From a virus (Duplodnaviria; Caudoviricetes), in IMG/VR virus record IMGVR_UViG_3300036814_001747, positions 1-30,713 of that record: 30,713 nucleotides of DNA; one strand, 5' to 3'. Below, one piece after another: positions 7,208 to 16,929 of the stretch. The notes under the pieces are model-generated. The model worked only from the letters and a program-made list of their open reading frames with translations, was not told the origin of the DNA and did not search any database. Numbering within the stretch: position 1 is the stretch's first letter; each line of letters opens with the position of its first letter. Position numbers and translations under genes: made by a program.

Positions 7208-8110
7208 TTACCAAGAACAAGTATCAAAACCAGCTTCCTTTTCGCGACGGCGGAGATGCTTGTTGTTGATTGCATTCCACCATTCGTCGATCTTGCCCAC
7301 TTTGTTCTCTAATGCGAACAAGTAGCGAGGCCACCACAGCTCAAAGCCTAATGGGGATTTGTCTGGACGCAAATTCGAATCACCATGAAAGTGCCATATC
7401 TTCACGTCAGAACGGTTTGTGCTGCGTGGCAAATACTTCGACGACGCATTCCACAGACCTCCAGTAGCAACGCCACAGGCGTCAGTCTCGCGTAGATCGT
7501 GAGCGACTGGGTGGAGGCAGACCTCGTCAGCTATGAAGAGAGTCGTTTTGTGCAAGTCCGTCCAATGGGACCACGCTGCCAACGCTTTGGATTCACCTCT
7601 CACGCCCCAGATCCCTCCGTTAAGAGAGGGGAAGTCGAAATCCGCAATACAATCGATGACCATCTTGCGAGGCATGTGATTGTGTTCCAGCAGTCGTGCG
7701 ACTCGTTTCTGAATCGTTCCCTTCCCTATCGTCCACAGATTGAATTGGGTCGTGATGAACGAGTAATACTCGAGCATCTCAAACAACTCGTCTATCGGCT
7801 TGACAGGAGAGGTATCGGCATCCAGATAGATGAATGACTCTGTTGGTCGTTTGCTGGTAAGCTGCTGCATCATTTTGGTTTTGTCGAGAAACTGAGCATT
7901 CTTACCACGGTACTTTGGCTTCCTCTCGTGGACGGAGATGTCAAGTCGTCTGTCAGTCGCGATTTCATTCACGATGTCCAGAGATTCAGGCCAGGCGTGA
8001 ACCTCGATGTTGCCCTTCCATCCGGCAATAGTACGCAGGTCGAGGATCGAGATCACCAAGTTTGGCAGGTGTGCTCGACCCGATATGAGGTAGACAATTG
8101 TCTTATCCAA
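7208..8110 (-). CDS. GT-A fold glycosyltransferase (GT8-like)
   Basis: FIYLDADT (DxD), LNGGIW, ADE and IWHFHG motifs. Confidence 0.8.
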   Translation of the reverse strand: MDKTIVYLISGRAHLPNLVISILDLRTIAGWKGNIEVHAWPESLDIVNEIATDRRLDISVHERKPKYRGKNAQFLDKTKMMQQLTSKRPTESFIYLDADTSPVKPIDELFEMLEYYSFITTQFNLWTIGKGTIQKRVARLLEHNHMPRKMVIDCIADFDFPSLNGGIWGVRGESKALAAWSHWTDLHKTTLFIADEVCLHPVAHDLRETDACGVATGGLWNASSKYLPRSTNRSDVKIWHFHGDSNLRPDKSPLGFELWWPRYLFALENKVGKIDEWWNAINNKHLRRREKEAGFDTCSW

Positions 8111-8876
8111 TTTGCATCTCTCTTTCTTTGATCTTTTCTTCCATCTGCGAGAGCTTCGAACAGTGTACCCACCCCATGCTCTTCATATTGACACGATGGA
8201 CGAGTTGGTTCGTTCGATTTGCAACGTAGAACATGAATCCATCTTGCGAGGGGACAGGCATACTTCCGTATCCAACTGTCCGCACTGCGAGCTCCTTGCA
8301 GTAACGAGTGAAATCTGTGTTGAAGAAACAGCACCACGAAATGATGCGTGGATGTGATACGCTGCTGCATCCTTTCGATGGATGTAAATTGAGAGGCGGC
8401 GTAGGCCAATAGCCTTGAGACTCAGCCCACTTGTCCAAAATTTCCATCTGGTTGGCAGGTTTTGTGTACCCCCAACGATGGCCAACTATAGCAGGCGTGT
8501 CTCCAAACAGTCTGGTGTCTGGCCAGGTGTGTTTTGACGTGGTGCCTAGTACATCCAAATCTAATTTCAGCCAGTACGGTGCTGTCACGTACTCTGCCGC
8601 AGTGTAAAGGAAGCCAGCCAACATTTTCTGCCGCTGAGCAATGGTCCAGCGAGTTCCGTCCTCAAAATACTTTGCTGTCTTCGGCAAGAAAGGGACGACG
8701 TTGATAGAAGGGAATTCTGCCTTCACGATATCTTCTGTTTCTGGATCATCAACAAACGCCGTAACGTGCTCGCACACATCCGGATGGAACTGCTGCCACG
8801 TAGGCCATGCCAAACGCAAATGAGGGAGATGTGCAGCGTCAACTCCAATAACGGTTTGGTAATCAAGTGACGACAT
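8103..8876 (-). CDS. Putative GT-A fold glycosyltransferase
   Basis: YWLKLDLDV (DxD), QDG and WVHC motifs, inside the glycan cluster. Confidence 0.65.
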   Translation of the reverse strand: MSSLDYQTVIGVDAAHLPHLRLAWPTWQQFHPDVCEHVTAFVDDPETEDIVKAEFPSINVVPFLPKTAKYFEDGTRWTIAQRQKMLAGFLYTAAEYVTAPYWLKLDLDVLGTTSKHTWPDTRLFGDTPAIVGHRWGYTKPANQMEILDKWAESQGYWPTPPLNLHPSKGCSSVSHPRIISWCCFFNTDFTRYCKELAVRTVGYGSMPVPSQDGFMFYVANRTNQLVHRVNMKSMGWVHCSKLSQMEEKIKEREMQIG

Positions 8877-9273
8877 TGAAGCCTTCTTTCTCTATCTGAT
8901 CTAGCACGTCTGCCTTCCCTGTAGTCAAGCGGGTGATTACGGGCATCACTTCGCCGTAGAGTTCGATCACCACAGCATCTTCCACAATTTGCAGTTGGTG
9001 TGGGACCCAGGCAGGGATACGAAAGGAAAACCCTGGAGTCAATATCACACCGTCCGTTCGATGTGGGAAATCGATCAGCAGCTTTACCTCACCACTCACA
9101 ACAATAAAATCATTCCAGGTGTCGTGGAAATGGAGTGAGGTGCAGCACCCTTTGTTCATCAGCTGGTGCGCCTTTCTTTTTTCGTCTGCTCGGAAGTACC
9201 CGCTCGCTGGCACTATCGTTGTCACTTTCCCCCACACCTTGTCTACCCATTGACTCCTCGTACCAGTACTCAT
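8863..9273 (-). CDS. Cupin-domain protein (sugar isomerase-like)
   Basis: KVWG, TSLHFH, FIVVSG and IPAWVPHQL cupin motifs. Confidence 0.8.
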   Translation of the reverse strand: MSTGTRSQWVDKVWGKVTTIVPASGYFRADEKRKAHQLMNKGCCTSLHFHDTWNDFIVVSGEVKLLIDFPHRTDGVILTPGFSFRIPAWVPHQLQIVEDAVVIELYGEVMPVITRLTTGKADVLDQIEKEGFNVVT

Positions 9274-9303
9274 CTTCGTAATCCTCTTCAGTATAAGGAC
9301 GTC

Positions 9304-10125
9304 TCATTTCTCGTACCATCCTTCTAAATCAAACGGCTGCTCAGGAAATCCTTCCAAGCAGTCTGTCAAAGCGTCCTCAAACGGCATGTGAGGAAAGCAG
9401 GATAACGCAGCATCTGGATTGGTGTTGAATACTTTCAGATCTGCTCTCTCGAATACGCCTTCATTTGCCATCTGTCCTAACCAGTTCCCTACGACATTGA
9501 ACTGGTTGTTATTCGTAGTAATAGCTCCTTGATCTCGTTTCTGTGCGAAGGAGTAACCAGAACCTTCTGACATTTTGAAATCAACGCCAATTAGATGAAT
9601 GCGGCGTGCTCCCAGCTCATGTGCAATGCGGAGAGCGAGAAGGAATGTGCAAGCAGTCTTCGGTTGTCCGGTACGCTTGCATCCTGCATTCAAATTTCCC
9701 CAGCTCGCTTGCTTGTCCGTAAAGAACGTATCGTCAGGCTCCAACCAGGTGCGGCGATCTACTGCCCATACGTTTGGACAATGGCAAGCACTGAAACCGG
9801 TCGCTTCAAATTCCTCGCCTACCTTGCGACGTATTCCTCCGCGTCCAACCTTCAACTTTGGGCGAGGGATAAACTTCATCACGTTTGGATCGAGCCAAAT
9901 CCCTGTGTGAAACTTCTTTGGCGGGTCAGCACAGATGAACGCTGATGGACAAAAGCGAGGATGTCCTGCTACGTTGTTGATTGCGAGGCTCCAAACGCCG
10001 CGTTGGTTGAGCTTCTCGAGCTCTAACTCGTTCGCGGACGGGCCTCCACCGATTATGAATACGGCAGGGACGTTACCCAAATGATCGGTAAGCGAAATCA
10101 CTTCGCCCTTGCGAGTAAAGAACAT
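9304..10125 (-). CDS. Maf/DUF115 (MptE-like), CstII-type sialyltransferase-like glycosyltransferase
   Basis: VFIIGGGPSA, AINN, FICAD and ALRIAHELGARRIHLIGVDF motifs. Confidence 0.75.
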   Translation of the reverse strand: MFFTRKGEVISLTDHLGNVPAVFIIGGGPSANELELEKLNQRGVWSLAINNVAGHPRFCPSAFICADPPKKFHTGIWLDPNVMKFIPRPKLKVGRGGIRRKVGEEFEATGFSACHCPNVWAVDRRTWLEPDDTFFTDKQASWGNLNAGCKRTGQPKTACTFLLALRIAHELGARRIHLIGVDFKMSEGSGYSFAQKRDQGAITTNNNQFNVVGNWLGQMANEGVFERADLKVFNTNPDAALSCFPHMPFEDALTDCLEGFPEQPFDLEGWYEK

Positions 10126-10135
10126 GAATCACTCA

Positions 10136-10696
10136 TTATGGTTGAACAACGAAACCCACAGTGTCGTAAGAATCACGATTGGAATAACAGTACTCTGCCG
10201 GAACTACGCTTGACGAAGACATGGAGCTTTGTCCAGACGACTCGTCACTTTCTGGTTCATCTATATCTTCGTATCTTGCCCATCCCATAAACTGATCGCC
10301 ATAATCAACGCGGGCATAGTTGGCGTAGAGTGTTTTTGATTCTTCCGCTCCCAAATGGAGCCAATCCATGTCAATGGATTCTCTCTCGTGATTGAATTTG
10401 TCGTCGTCGTAAAAGGCAACAGGGGCAGGATACAGCAGCAAGTCGATACGCCAGATAGGCTGGGTAGAGAGATTGGTGATCACGAAAACGAGATCATTGT
10501 CTTGTCCAGACTGAGCAAAAAACAAATCCGAAAACACAAACTGAATTTCCTTCTTAGCAACTGGACAGATGGACGTGCTCTCGCATTCACCTGTCGCGTC
10601 GTCACTGTACTCACTTGTCTCGTCGTGATACCTCCACACCAGCGTTCTTTTCAGAAGCTGCACTGCTTCAATCTCAATGACAAATTCAAGTTTCAT
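10136..10696 (-). CDS. Hypothetical tail-module protein with Ser-rich patch
   Basis: 186 aa, ESDESSGQSSMSSSS near the C-terminus, overlaps the upstream stop. Confidence 0.65.
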   Translation of the reverse strand: MKLEFVIEIEAVQLLKRTLVWRYHDETSEYSDDATGECESTSICPVAKKEIQFVFSDLFFAQSGQDNDLVFVITNLSTQPIWRIDLLLYPAPVAFYDDDKFNHERESIDMDWLHLGAEESKTLYANYARVDYGDQFMGWARYEDIDEPESDESSGQSSMSSSSVVPAEYCYSNRDSYDTVGFVVQP

Positions 10697-11132
10697 CGAA
10701 TGTCACTGCGAGGAACAAATCTTGAAACCAATCTATCGGGTCTTCAACATACAGAAACACTCCGCGAATTCTCTCTCCGTAGACACTGTAGAGCAGCTCT
10801 GCTTCAAAACTGGACAAACCCCTCGCATCTAGAAACGTTCCCTCAGGAAACGAAGCCATTCCATCTCGTAGCGGGACCTTCAGTTTCCTCTTAGGTCGTG
10901 GATTTAAGGGCTCAGGCGGAGGTCCTTCATCATCTTGTACTGGGTACTTATCGCTCGCACTAAAGAAATTGACAACACCGTCTCCAAAATCATCCAACCA
11001 CTCTTCTCGTCCATCGCATCCACAATCCTCTCCCTCTTTAATCAAACCAGTTTTCGTGGCGATTTTTGCGACGCGTTCTTTAGTAACGCCGACAGACGAA
11101 AGGACTTTGGTTGTCGCTTTGCCTAGTTTCAT
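10686..11132 (-). CDS. Hypothetical protein with CGCxxRxxWL motif
   Basis: ATGA overlap at 11129-11132 (MKLGKATTK); DCGCDGREEWLD. Confidence 0.7.
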   Translation of the reverse strand: MKLGKATTKVLSSVGVTKERVAKIATKTGLIKEGEDCGCDGREEWLDDFGDGVVNFFSASDKYPVQDDEGPPPEPLNPRPKRKLKVPLRDGMASFPEGTFLDARGLSSFEAELLYSVYGERIRGVFLYVEDPIDWFQDLFLAVTFDET

Positions 11133-11404
11133 GATGATGAGGAAGAACTCTCGTCTGGACAGGGGTCGAGCCAAAACTCTTCGTCAGGCTTGACTGGGAA
11201 GACGCAAACCTTATGACAGTGTCCTCGCACAACTGTACCGCTGTGATTTGCAGGGTAGATTTCAGCAGGAGGAGATGGTCTCAAATCTCTCCAAGTATAG
11301 GTAGCAGCTATCACCTTTTCTGGGAACGTCTCCTTCCGCACGAAGGATGTCCCCATCAACGATACCTGCTCTTTGTCTATGCTGTAAGTGACTGTGAAAC
11401 TCAT
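11129..11404 (-). CDS. Small tail-module protein ending DESSSSSS
   Basis: ATGA overlap at 11401-11404 (MSFTVTYSIDKE). Confidence 0.65.
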   Translation of the reverse strand: MSFTVTYSIDKEQVSLMGTSFVRKETFPEKVIAATYTWRDLRPSPPAEIYPANHSGTVVRGHCHKVCVFPVKPDEEFWLDPCPDESSSSSS

Positions 11405-13200
11405 TTTGAGAAGAACAGTTTTCCGGTAGTGGGGAATGAATTTGGAAACCAACTGACGCCAACACCTGAGTTATCATTCCAAGACGACTCTAGTGTCAAA
11501 TCGTAACCAATACAGTCACGAACGGTGCAATCTAAGTTCACATTCCAAGTCGCAAGAGTAGAGCCGTGAACACCGACGTTCCCCGCAGGGTAGTTCAAAA
11601 CAGGAGGAACAAGAAGATCGGAGAACACATCTCTGAAATTATTGTTCTCAGCAGTATTGCCAAAATTGATTCTCCGACCCGGCCCATCTGAAACGTACCC
11701 GACCTCTGGGTTCATCTTCTCCAAATATTCAGTTACCCCACCTGGCCAATGCAGCGGATGATTGAGTGAGGTATAGATAGCAGGGTCGGTAAGCAGAGGA
11801 TCTGGATTGCCTACTATACCTATCCTACCGGCGTTCGCTCTGATCATCGACCACCGCCCACCATTGGTAGGAAAGAGCGTGGCGTCTACCCCATCTATAA
11901 GAGGATAGATGTCATGTGCCTCTTGACCACGTCCATAGTTTTCGAAATGCTGAATATAACTCGGCACTCGAGGGTCGGTTGGTGGGAAAGAAGGGCAACG
12001 TAAAAACAGCGTCTGTACAGATCCATCAGCAACAGAGCTTCCTAAAAAACCACCTAACTGAAAAGGATCGGCACCTATAAAAGGTAGAAAACTCTGCCCG
12101 CCAAATCTAAGCTCCCAGCGTGTCGCCCCAGCTCTTGTTATCGTGAATTTCATCGTGGTGGGTTTGGGAGCAGCTAGTAGGTGAAGTTTCTTATCACGAA
12201 ACTTCCATTGGTACCCATACCAACCTGCAGTTCTAATCCGCCAGGCAGATTGTGCTCGTGTTCCAAAATCAGGCTGAACAGGCATGCTCAAACCAGCAAG
12301 CACTTCTGGGCGTGGCAGGTACCTAAAAGATGAGGCAGGGTCATCAACAAACCCAGGACCAAACTCATCAGGAAGGCTAGCCATCTCCTCTGGAAAGATT
12401 TCTTGATAACGAAGATAAGAGAACTGGAAGTCTTCATCCTTTTCCGGTGATAGATTAGGTCCCATGTCTGGGTTTTGACTACTTACTCTTCGCACTGCCC
12501 AGAGGTCGGCGATGTTTTGAGGTGGGCGGTAGGTTGCGAGTCTGTAATTGTGCCCTGATTCAGACAAAGGGACTCGCGTAGCCACCTTAGTCATCCAGGT
12601 AGCGTTGTACTGAGAAGGAGGACCCGATGTTGCACAGGCATTCAAGATGGTTGGGTCAGGATTGTCCAGTGAGATAATTTGGTAGGTCGTTTCAAGAGAG
12701 TCTTGGATATCTAAATTGACGTAATATGTGGCAAGGTTGCTTGCCCAATCACATCGCAGTGGTTGGAAGCTTTGGTGCCAAACCCCATGGCTCGCTCTGA
12801 AAGCCAAGTTCATCTGATCCATCAGCTCATCTTGAAACCAAGGATTGTGCAGCGTACCAGACGAAGCGGGGTTGCCTATTCCTTCAGTCGTGTCTTCTAA
12901 CTCCCACTCTTTGCTGTGAGCATGAATGAGAGACTGAACGAAATTAGGAGGCCCATCTCCTTGCACAGCCGCCCCAGTAATCTCTCCATCAAGCTCAAAC
13001 GAGATTACAGATGGAATGTTCTCATACGGGTTTGGTTCTGGGCAACTGAAGCATCCAGAAGTCGGTTTGACTGTCGCAGATGGATTGACGCATACCGTGC
13101 AGTTTTCAGGCTCGATACTGTCTCCGGGATCTTCTAGCGTCACTTCTGTAGACGCATGATTGTCCCAGTATTCTTTGTCTACGCTATACTCAACTCGCAT
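11401..13200 (-). CDS. Putative tail tip/receptor-binding protein
   Basis: 599 aa, Pro/Gly/aromatic-rich. Called by position downstream of the tape measure only. Confidence 0.5.
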   Translation of the reverse strand: MRVEYSVDKEYWDNHASTEVTLEDPGDSIEPENCTVCVNPSATVKPTSGCFSCPEPNPYENIPSVISFELDGEITGAAVQGDGPPNFVQSLIHAHSKEWELEDTTEGIGNPASSGTLHNPWFQDELMDQMNLAFRASHGVWHQSFQPLRCDWASNLATYYVNLDIQDSLETTYQIISLDNPDPTILNACATSGPPSQYNATWMTKVATRVPLSESGHNYRLATYRPPQNIADLWAVRRVSSQNPDMGPNLSPEKDEDFQFSYLRYQEIFPEEMASLPDEFGPGFVDDPASSFRYLPRPEVLAGLSMPVQPDFGTRAQSAWRIRTAGWYGYQWKFRDKKLHLLAAPKPTTMKFTITRAGATRWELRFGGQSFLPFIGADPFQLGGFLGSSVADGSVQTLFLRCPSFPPTDPRVPSYIQHFENYGRGQEAHDIYPLIDGVDATLFPTNGGRWSMIRANAGRIGIVGNPDPLLTDPAIYTSLNHPLHWPGGVTEYLEKMNPEVGYVSDGPGRRINFGNTAENNNFRDVFSDLLVPPVLNYPAGNVGVHGSTLATWNVNLDCTVRDCIGYDLTLESSWNDNSGVGVSWFPNSFPTTGKLFFSK

Positions 13201-13208
13201 CGTCCACC

Positions 13209-13925
13209 CTATGGGCTAGAGATAACCGCCGCCACATCGATGATGACTTTTGCCTTTGGATCAAAGAACGGGTTCCACGTTATCGTTCCTTCGATTGGAT
13301 CATCTGTTGTCGCAGCGTTGCCAGCATAATTGAAAACATCAAAATCAGAAGCCGCGACAGTGTACGCCCAAATCTCAGTAGGGGTAGATCGAGTGCCCGT
13401 ATTATTCAAGGTGTACGTGGCGCCCTTCAATACCAATATCCCGCACTCTTGGAACTCTACAATCCGTCCGAGTGGTATCGCAACAGTGTACGTCGCCTTC
13501 TTACCGTTAATTTCAATATCAGGATTCGTAACAACTTCGCAACCGCAATGCGATACAGATGCCGATGCCCCTGTCCCACCTCCGCTTTTGATAGGGATGT
13601 ACGCGGACCGTTGATCGTCAAAATAGGCTGCTACCTTATCACCAACCGAGTACGAAACATTCTCGTCAGCAGACGGATCGAACGGATATCCAATCACTGT
13701 CTCGTCGTCTATTACCCATCCATCCCCATCGTAATAACGAGGCACACAGGTGTAGAGATCTGTATCGCCATCGTAATCTGTTTCCGTCACCTCGACTTGA
13801 CGCATTGGAAAGGCACGAGGATTAGATGCACCTTGATTGAGGAACATCTCCGCAGCACGAGACAATTCGTTGACGTGCTCAGCACCAAGTTGGTCGCCTT
13901 CTTTTTTCTTTGGAAGAGCTGTCAC
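13209..13925 (-). CDS. Putative minor tail protein
   Basis: N-terminal KEGDQLGAEHVNEL, GGG linker, second gene after the tape measure. Confidence 0.55.
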   Translation of the reverse strand: MTALPKKKEGDQLGAEHVNELSRAAEMFLNQGASNPRAFPMRQVEVTETDYDGDTDLYTCVPRYYDGDGWVIDDETVIGYPFDPSADENVSYSVGDKVAAYFDDQRSAYIPIKSGGGTGASASVSHCGCEVVTNPDIEINGKKATYTVAIPLGRIVEFQECGILVLKGATYTLNNTGTRSTPTEIWAYTVAASDFDVFNYAGNAATTDDPIEGTITWNPFFDPKAKVIIDVAAVISSP

Positions 13926-13927
13926 GC

Positions 13928-14917
13928 TTAGGCCTTGAAGAGAAAGTTCATGTCTGTGTCTTCATACGGAGCATCTGTCGAATCAGCTCCAATATACAGA
14001 CGTCTCCATCCTTTACCGGGCTCCCAGACATGGTTGTGCCCCACGATCGTATTCTTCCAGAGCACTCGCTTTTCCAGCAGCTTGAACGTCACGTCAATTG
14101 GAGGTGTTGCTACCTTGTCGTCTCGCCAGGTGTACTTTTCGGAATAGTCAAAGCCCGCAAACAGCAGCGTCTCAGGAGTTGCGTTGTACAGCCAAGGTAT
14201 GCGGAGAGAGTTGACTTTGCCGTTAAGCTTTCGCAAGCGATGGATGACGACATTTTTGAAGTGATCGAAGGGAATCTGTTTCCACGTAATGTTCCACTCA
14301 GTTGTCGGAACTAAAATCGTAGAAGGGAGATTGGGAGTGCGGACAACCTTCTTCGAGTCGCCACTTCCCTCAGCAGGCTCGACATCGTCCTCATCTACTT
14401 CTCCAGTTTCAGGATCCACTTCGCCAGTGTCGTTCTTTTCCTCTTCTAGCTTGCCGCCTTCAGCAGGACTGAAGATAAAGTCCCCACCTGCTTTGGATGT
14501 GATCTCTAGAAACGTTCTTGGATCTTGAGGATCTGATCCACCGGACGTACCTGATGGCCCAAACGTCACAATGATTTTGATGCTACCGTGATACGTTCCA
14601 AATACTGCGGAGGAGTCAAACGAGAATGGATCGATCGGCTTTTCACCGTCTTGCGATTCGAACGAGATATTGTTGGCGACCATGCTGGGCAATCCAGGCA
14701 TGAAACCACCACGCGGAATGACTACGCTACCAATTATCAATGCTGGAGGGAAGAGCTCTGTAAGCACAGCAGATAGATGAGTGGCAAGAATCAATGCTGA
14801 CCATTGTATTTCTCCTTCCTCTGGATCGAAACTGCCGCTCATGCCAAGAAACTTGTATGGGATCCCTCCGGACGTTGTGAGTCTCCAGGTGTATGGATTG
14901 TCTGTTTGGACTGTCAT
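13928..14917 (-). CDS. Putative distal tail/hub protein
   Basis: Directly after the tape measure; LNGKVNS..W...PETLLFAG motif. Confidence 0.6.
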   Translation of the reverse strand: MTVQTDNPYTWRLTTSGGIPYKFLGMSGSFDPEEGEIQWSALILATHLSAVLTELFPPALIIGSVVIPRGGFMPGLPSMVANNISFESQDGEKPIDPFSFDSSAVFGTYHGSIKIIVTFGPSGTSGGSDPQDPRTFLEITSKAGGDFIFSPAEGGKLEEEKNDTGEVDPETGEVDEDDVEPAEGSGDSKKVVRTPNLPSTILVPTTEWNITWKQIPFDHFKNVVIHRLRKLNGKVNSLRIPWLYNATPETLLFAGFDYSEKYTWRDDKVATPPIDVTFKLLEKRVLWKNTIVGHNHVWEPGKGWRRLYIGADSTDAPYEDTDMNFLFKA

Positions 14918-16929
14918 TTACCCAAAGCTCCTTTTTTCTTCTTCGTTTCGTCCAACAACTTCTTCTGTGTCTCGTTTCCTTTACCGAGCAGGTCAACCAT
15001 CTTCGCTTGCTGATCATCGCCCTTGCCCTTCAGCACAGCATCCTGGAGCTTGGTTCCAAACGCTTCAAATCCAAATCTACCCGCGTCAAGGAGAGCATCC
15101 ACCCCACCCTTGTCCTTCTTCTTCTCCTCGTCCTTCTTCTTGTCCTTCTTCTGCTCCTTGTCCTTCTTCTTGAGATTAGATCTCTCTAGTTCGTTTGCGG
15201 CGATCAGATCTTGCAGCCGTTTCTTTTCAGCGAGTAAAGCGGAAGTTCCCCCACCCTCCTCATTCATCTCATCTACAAATTCGTCCTTGCCTTCTTTGTA
15301 CGCCTTAACCATCTCCGAAAACGGATTGCCGCCACTCTCAACGTCTTCTTGTGCAGAGAGCGTCTCAATGAACGCGTCCTGCATCGCCTCGAACGGGTTG
15401 CCGCCCGACCATAACGCATCCATTCCAGCCTCCATCGAAGTCCAAAGAGCTTCTCCAAACTGCTTGATCTCTTTCAATCCGCCGATGATGTTCGTAACCC
15501 ACGATTTGAAGAATGCACCAACCGCTTTCCACATACCGACAAAGATACCGCCCGTTGTCGTCACTTCCGTATTACTCATCGCAAAGAAGTCTATCAGATA
15601 CAATGCGAAATCGATCATTGCAATCTGTGCGAGCTCACTTGCATTGCGAAAGTTGAAAGCGAGGATGTTTGCAGCGTCGATGATGGAGTTGGACACATCG
15701 ATCATCCAACCTGATACGTTTTCGATCATAGTGAGAACAGAATCAGCTCCAAGATTAGCCGCATCTGGTAGAGTGACTCCTAAAACCTCTTCTACCAATT
15801 CGCCAAAAGTCTCCCAAAGAATCAGCCCAGCCTCTTTGAGATTCTCCCAAACTATGACTAATGATTCACTGACAACGGTATAGGCGGTTGTCCCTTGTTC
15901 TAAAGAAGAGAAATATCCAACCATTGCTCCAAGAGCAGCCCCTACCAAAACTATTGCAATACCGAAACCACTACCAATCAAAACACCACGCAGTCCAATA
16001 CCAAACAACTTGGCAGCTTTGGTCGCAAGGAAGAAACCTCCAGCAGCAGTGAACAGAGCAGTACCCAGCCCAGCAGCGGCTTTCGCTCCGACTATCATTC
16101 CAGACGCCATTTGCGGATTCTTGTTGATCAGCTCTCCCATAAACTCAACAATCGCAATCTTGACGTTGAGCAGCGTCTTCATAGCAGGCACGACGGACGA
16201 TGCAAGTATCCGCCCGTTGATGTCCCAAGCATCGGTAAGAGTAGACTGTAAACCAATCAGCGTTTGCGATTGCTTCTCAGCCATTTGATAGAAGCGACCT
16301 CCCTCTTCAGTCAGCCCTTTCATCACATTTCGGAAATCATCGAAACTGATAGACCCATTGCTCAGTTTCTCCTGAGCCTCTTCTGTCGTTGTTCCGAAAT
16401 GATCGGCAATGTCCGTCAAACTCAGAATACCTTGCGTCGACAACTGACGGAAGTCTTGCGTCATCAGTTTACCGACGCCTCGCACCTGATTAAATACGTT
16501 GCCCAGTAGCTGGAATTTAGGTGCTGTACCTCCGGAGGCGTCCGCAAGTAAGCCCATAGTATCCATCAACTCGTCACCGCGTTCACCAAATGTGATCATC
16601 TGGTTAGCTATGCTGAGGATGCCCGGCATCTCGAATGGAGTCTTGGCGGCAAAGTCAGTCAGCCCAGCGAGAGTCTCTTCTGTTTCTTCTGCCGATCCAG
16701 TCATAGTCTCCATTGAGACGAATGTCTGTTCAAATTCTCCAGCAGCTTTGATACCACCAGACAACAGGTTACCGAGAAAACTATTAATAGGGGCAAGCAC
16801 AGCAGCGGCACCGAGAGCAACTTCGCCGAGGAAGTCAAAGTAGTTGCCCTTCGCTGCGTTCAAATCAGCAGGTAGTTCGGAAGTGTCTGCACCAACTTTC
16901 AGATACGCTTTCGCGAGTTCAATCCCCAT
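14914..16929 (-). CDS. Tail tape measure protein
   Basis: ELAKAYLKV N-terminus, LTDFAAKTPFE and QSQTLIGLQSTLTD tape-measure motifs, hydrophobic Gly/Ala segment, follows the chaperones. Confidence 0.92.
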   Translation of the reverse strand: MGIELAKAYLKVGADTSELPADLNAAKGNYFDFLGEVALGAAAVLAPINSFLGNLLSGGIKAAGEFEQTFVSMETMTGSAEETEETLAGLTDFAAKTPFEMPGILSIANQMITFGERGDELMDTMGLLADASGGTAPKFQLLGNVFNQVRGVGKLMTQDFRQLSTQGILSLTDIADHFGTTTEEAQEKLSNGSISFDDFRNVMKGLTEEGGRFYQMAEKQSQTLIGLQSTLTDAWDINGRILASSVVPAMKTLLNVKIAIVEFMGELINKNPQMASGMIVGAKAAAGLGTALFTAAGGFFLATKAAKLFGIGLRGVLIGSGFGIAIVLVGAALGAMVGYFSSLEQGTTAYTVVSESLVIVWENLKEAGLILWETFGELVEEVLGVTLPDAANLGADSVLTMIENVSGWMIDVSNSIIDAANILAFNFRNASELAQIAMIDFALYLIDFFAMSNTEVTTTGGIFVGMWKAVGAFFKSWVTNIIGGLKEIKQFGEALWTSMEAGMDALWSGGNPFEAMQDAFIETLSAQEDVESGGNPFSEMVKAYKEGKDEFVDEMNEEGGGTSALLAEKKRLQDLIAANELERSNLKKKDKEQKKDKKKDEEKKKDKGGVDALLDAGRFGFEAFGTKLQDAVLKGKGDDQQAKMVDLLGKGNETQKKLLDETKKKKGALGK

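Noticed and set aside
9110-9319. Overlapping ORF MRRPYTEEDYEDEYW and a TATACT at ~9290
   Set aside because: It overlaps the motif-bearing cupin frame, and the TATACT lacks the flanking early-repeat elements.
3890-10125. DNA hypermodification or restriction-modification cluster
   Set aside because: No DNA-MTase motifs, hydroxymethylase or TET/JBP-like genes were seen, and the cluster is coupled to tail genes. Disfavoured but not excluded.
15110-15172. TCCTTCTTCTTG-like tandem repeat
   Set aside because: Explained by the Lys/Asp/Glu low-complexity stretch in the tape measure C-terminus.
15023-15883. Long + strand ORFs opposite structural genes (also 24360..25154, 21129..21665, 28237..28767)
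   Set aside because: They are antisense shadows of well-supported minus-strand genes and show no motifs.
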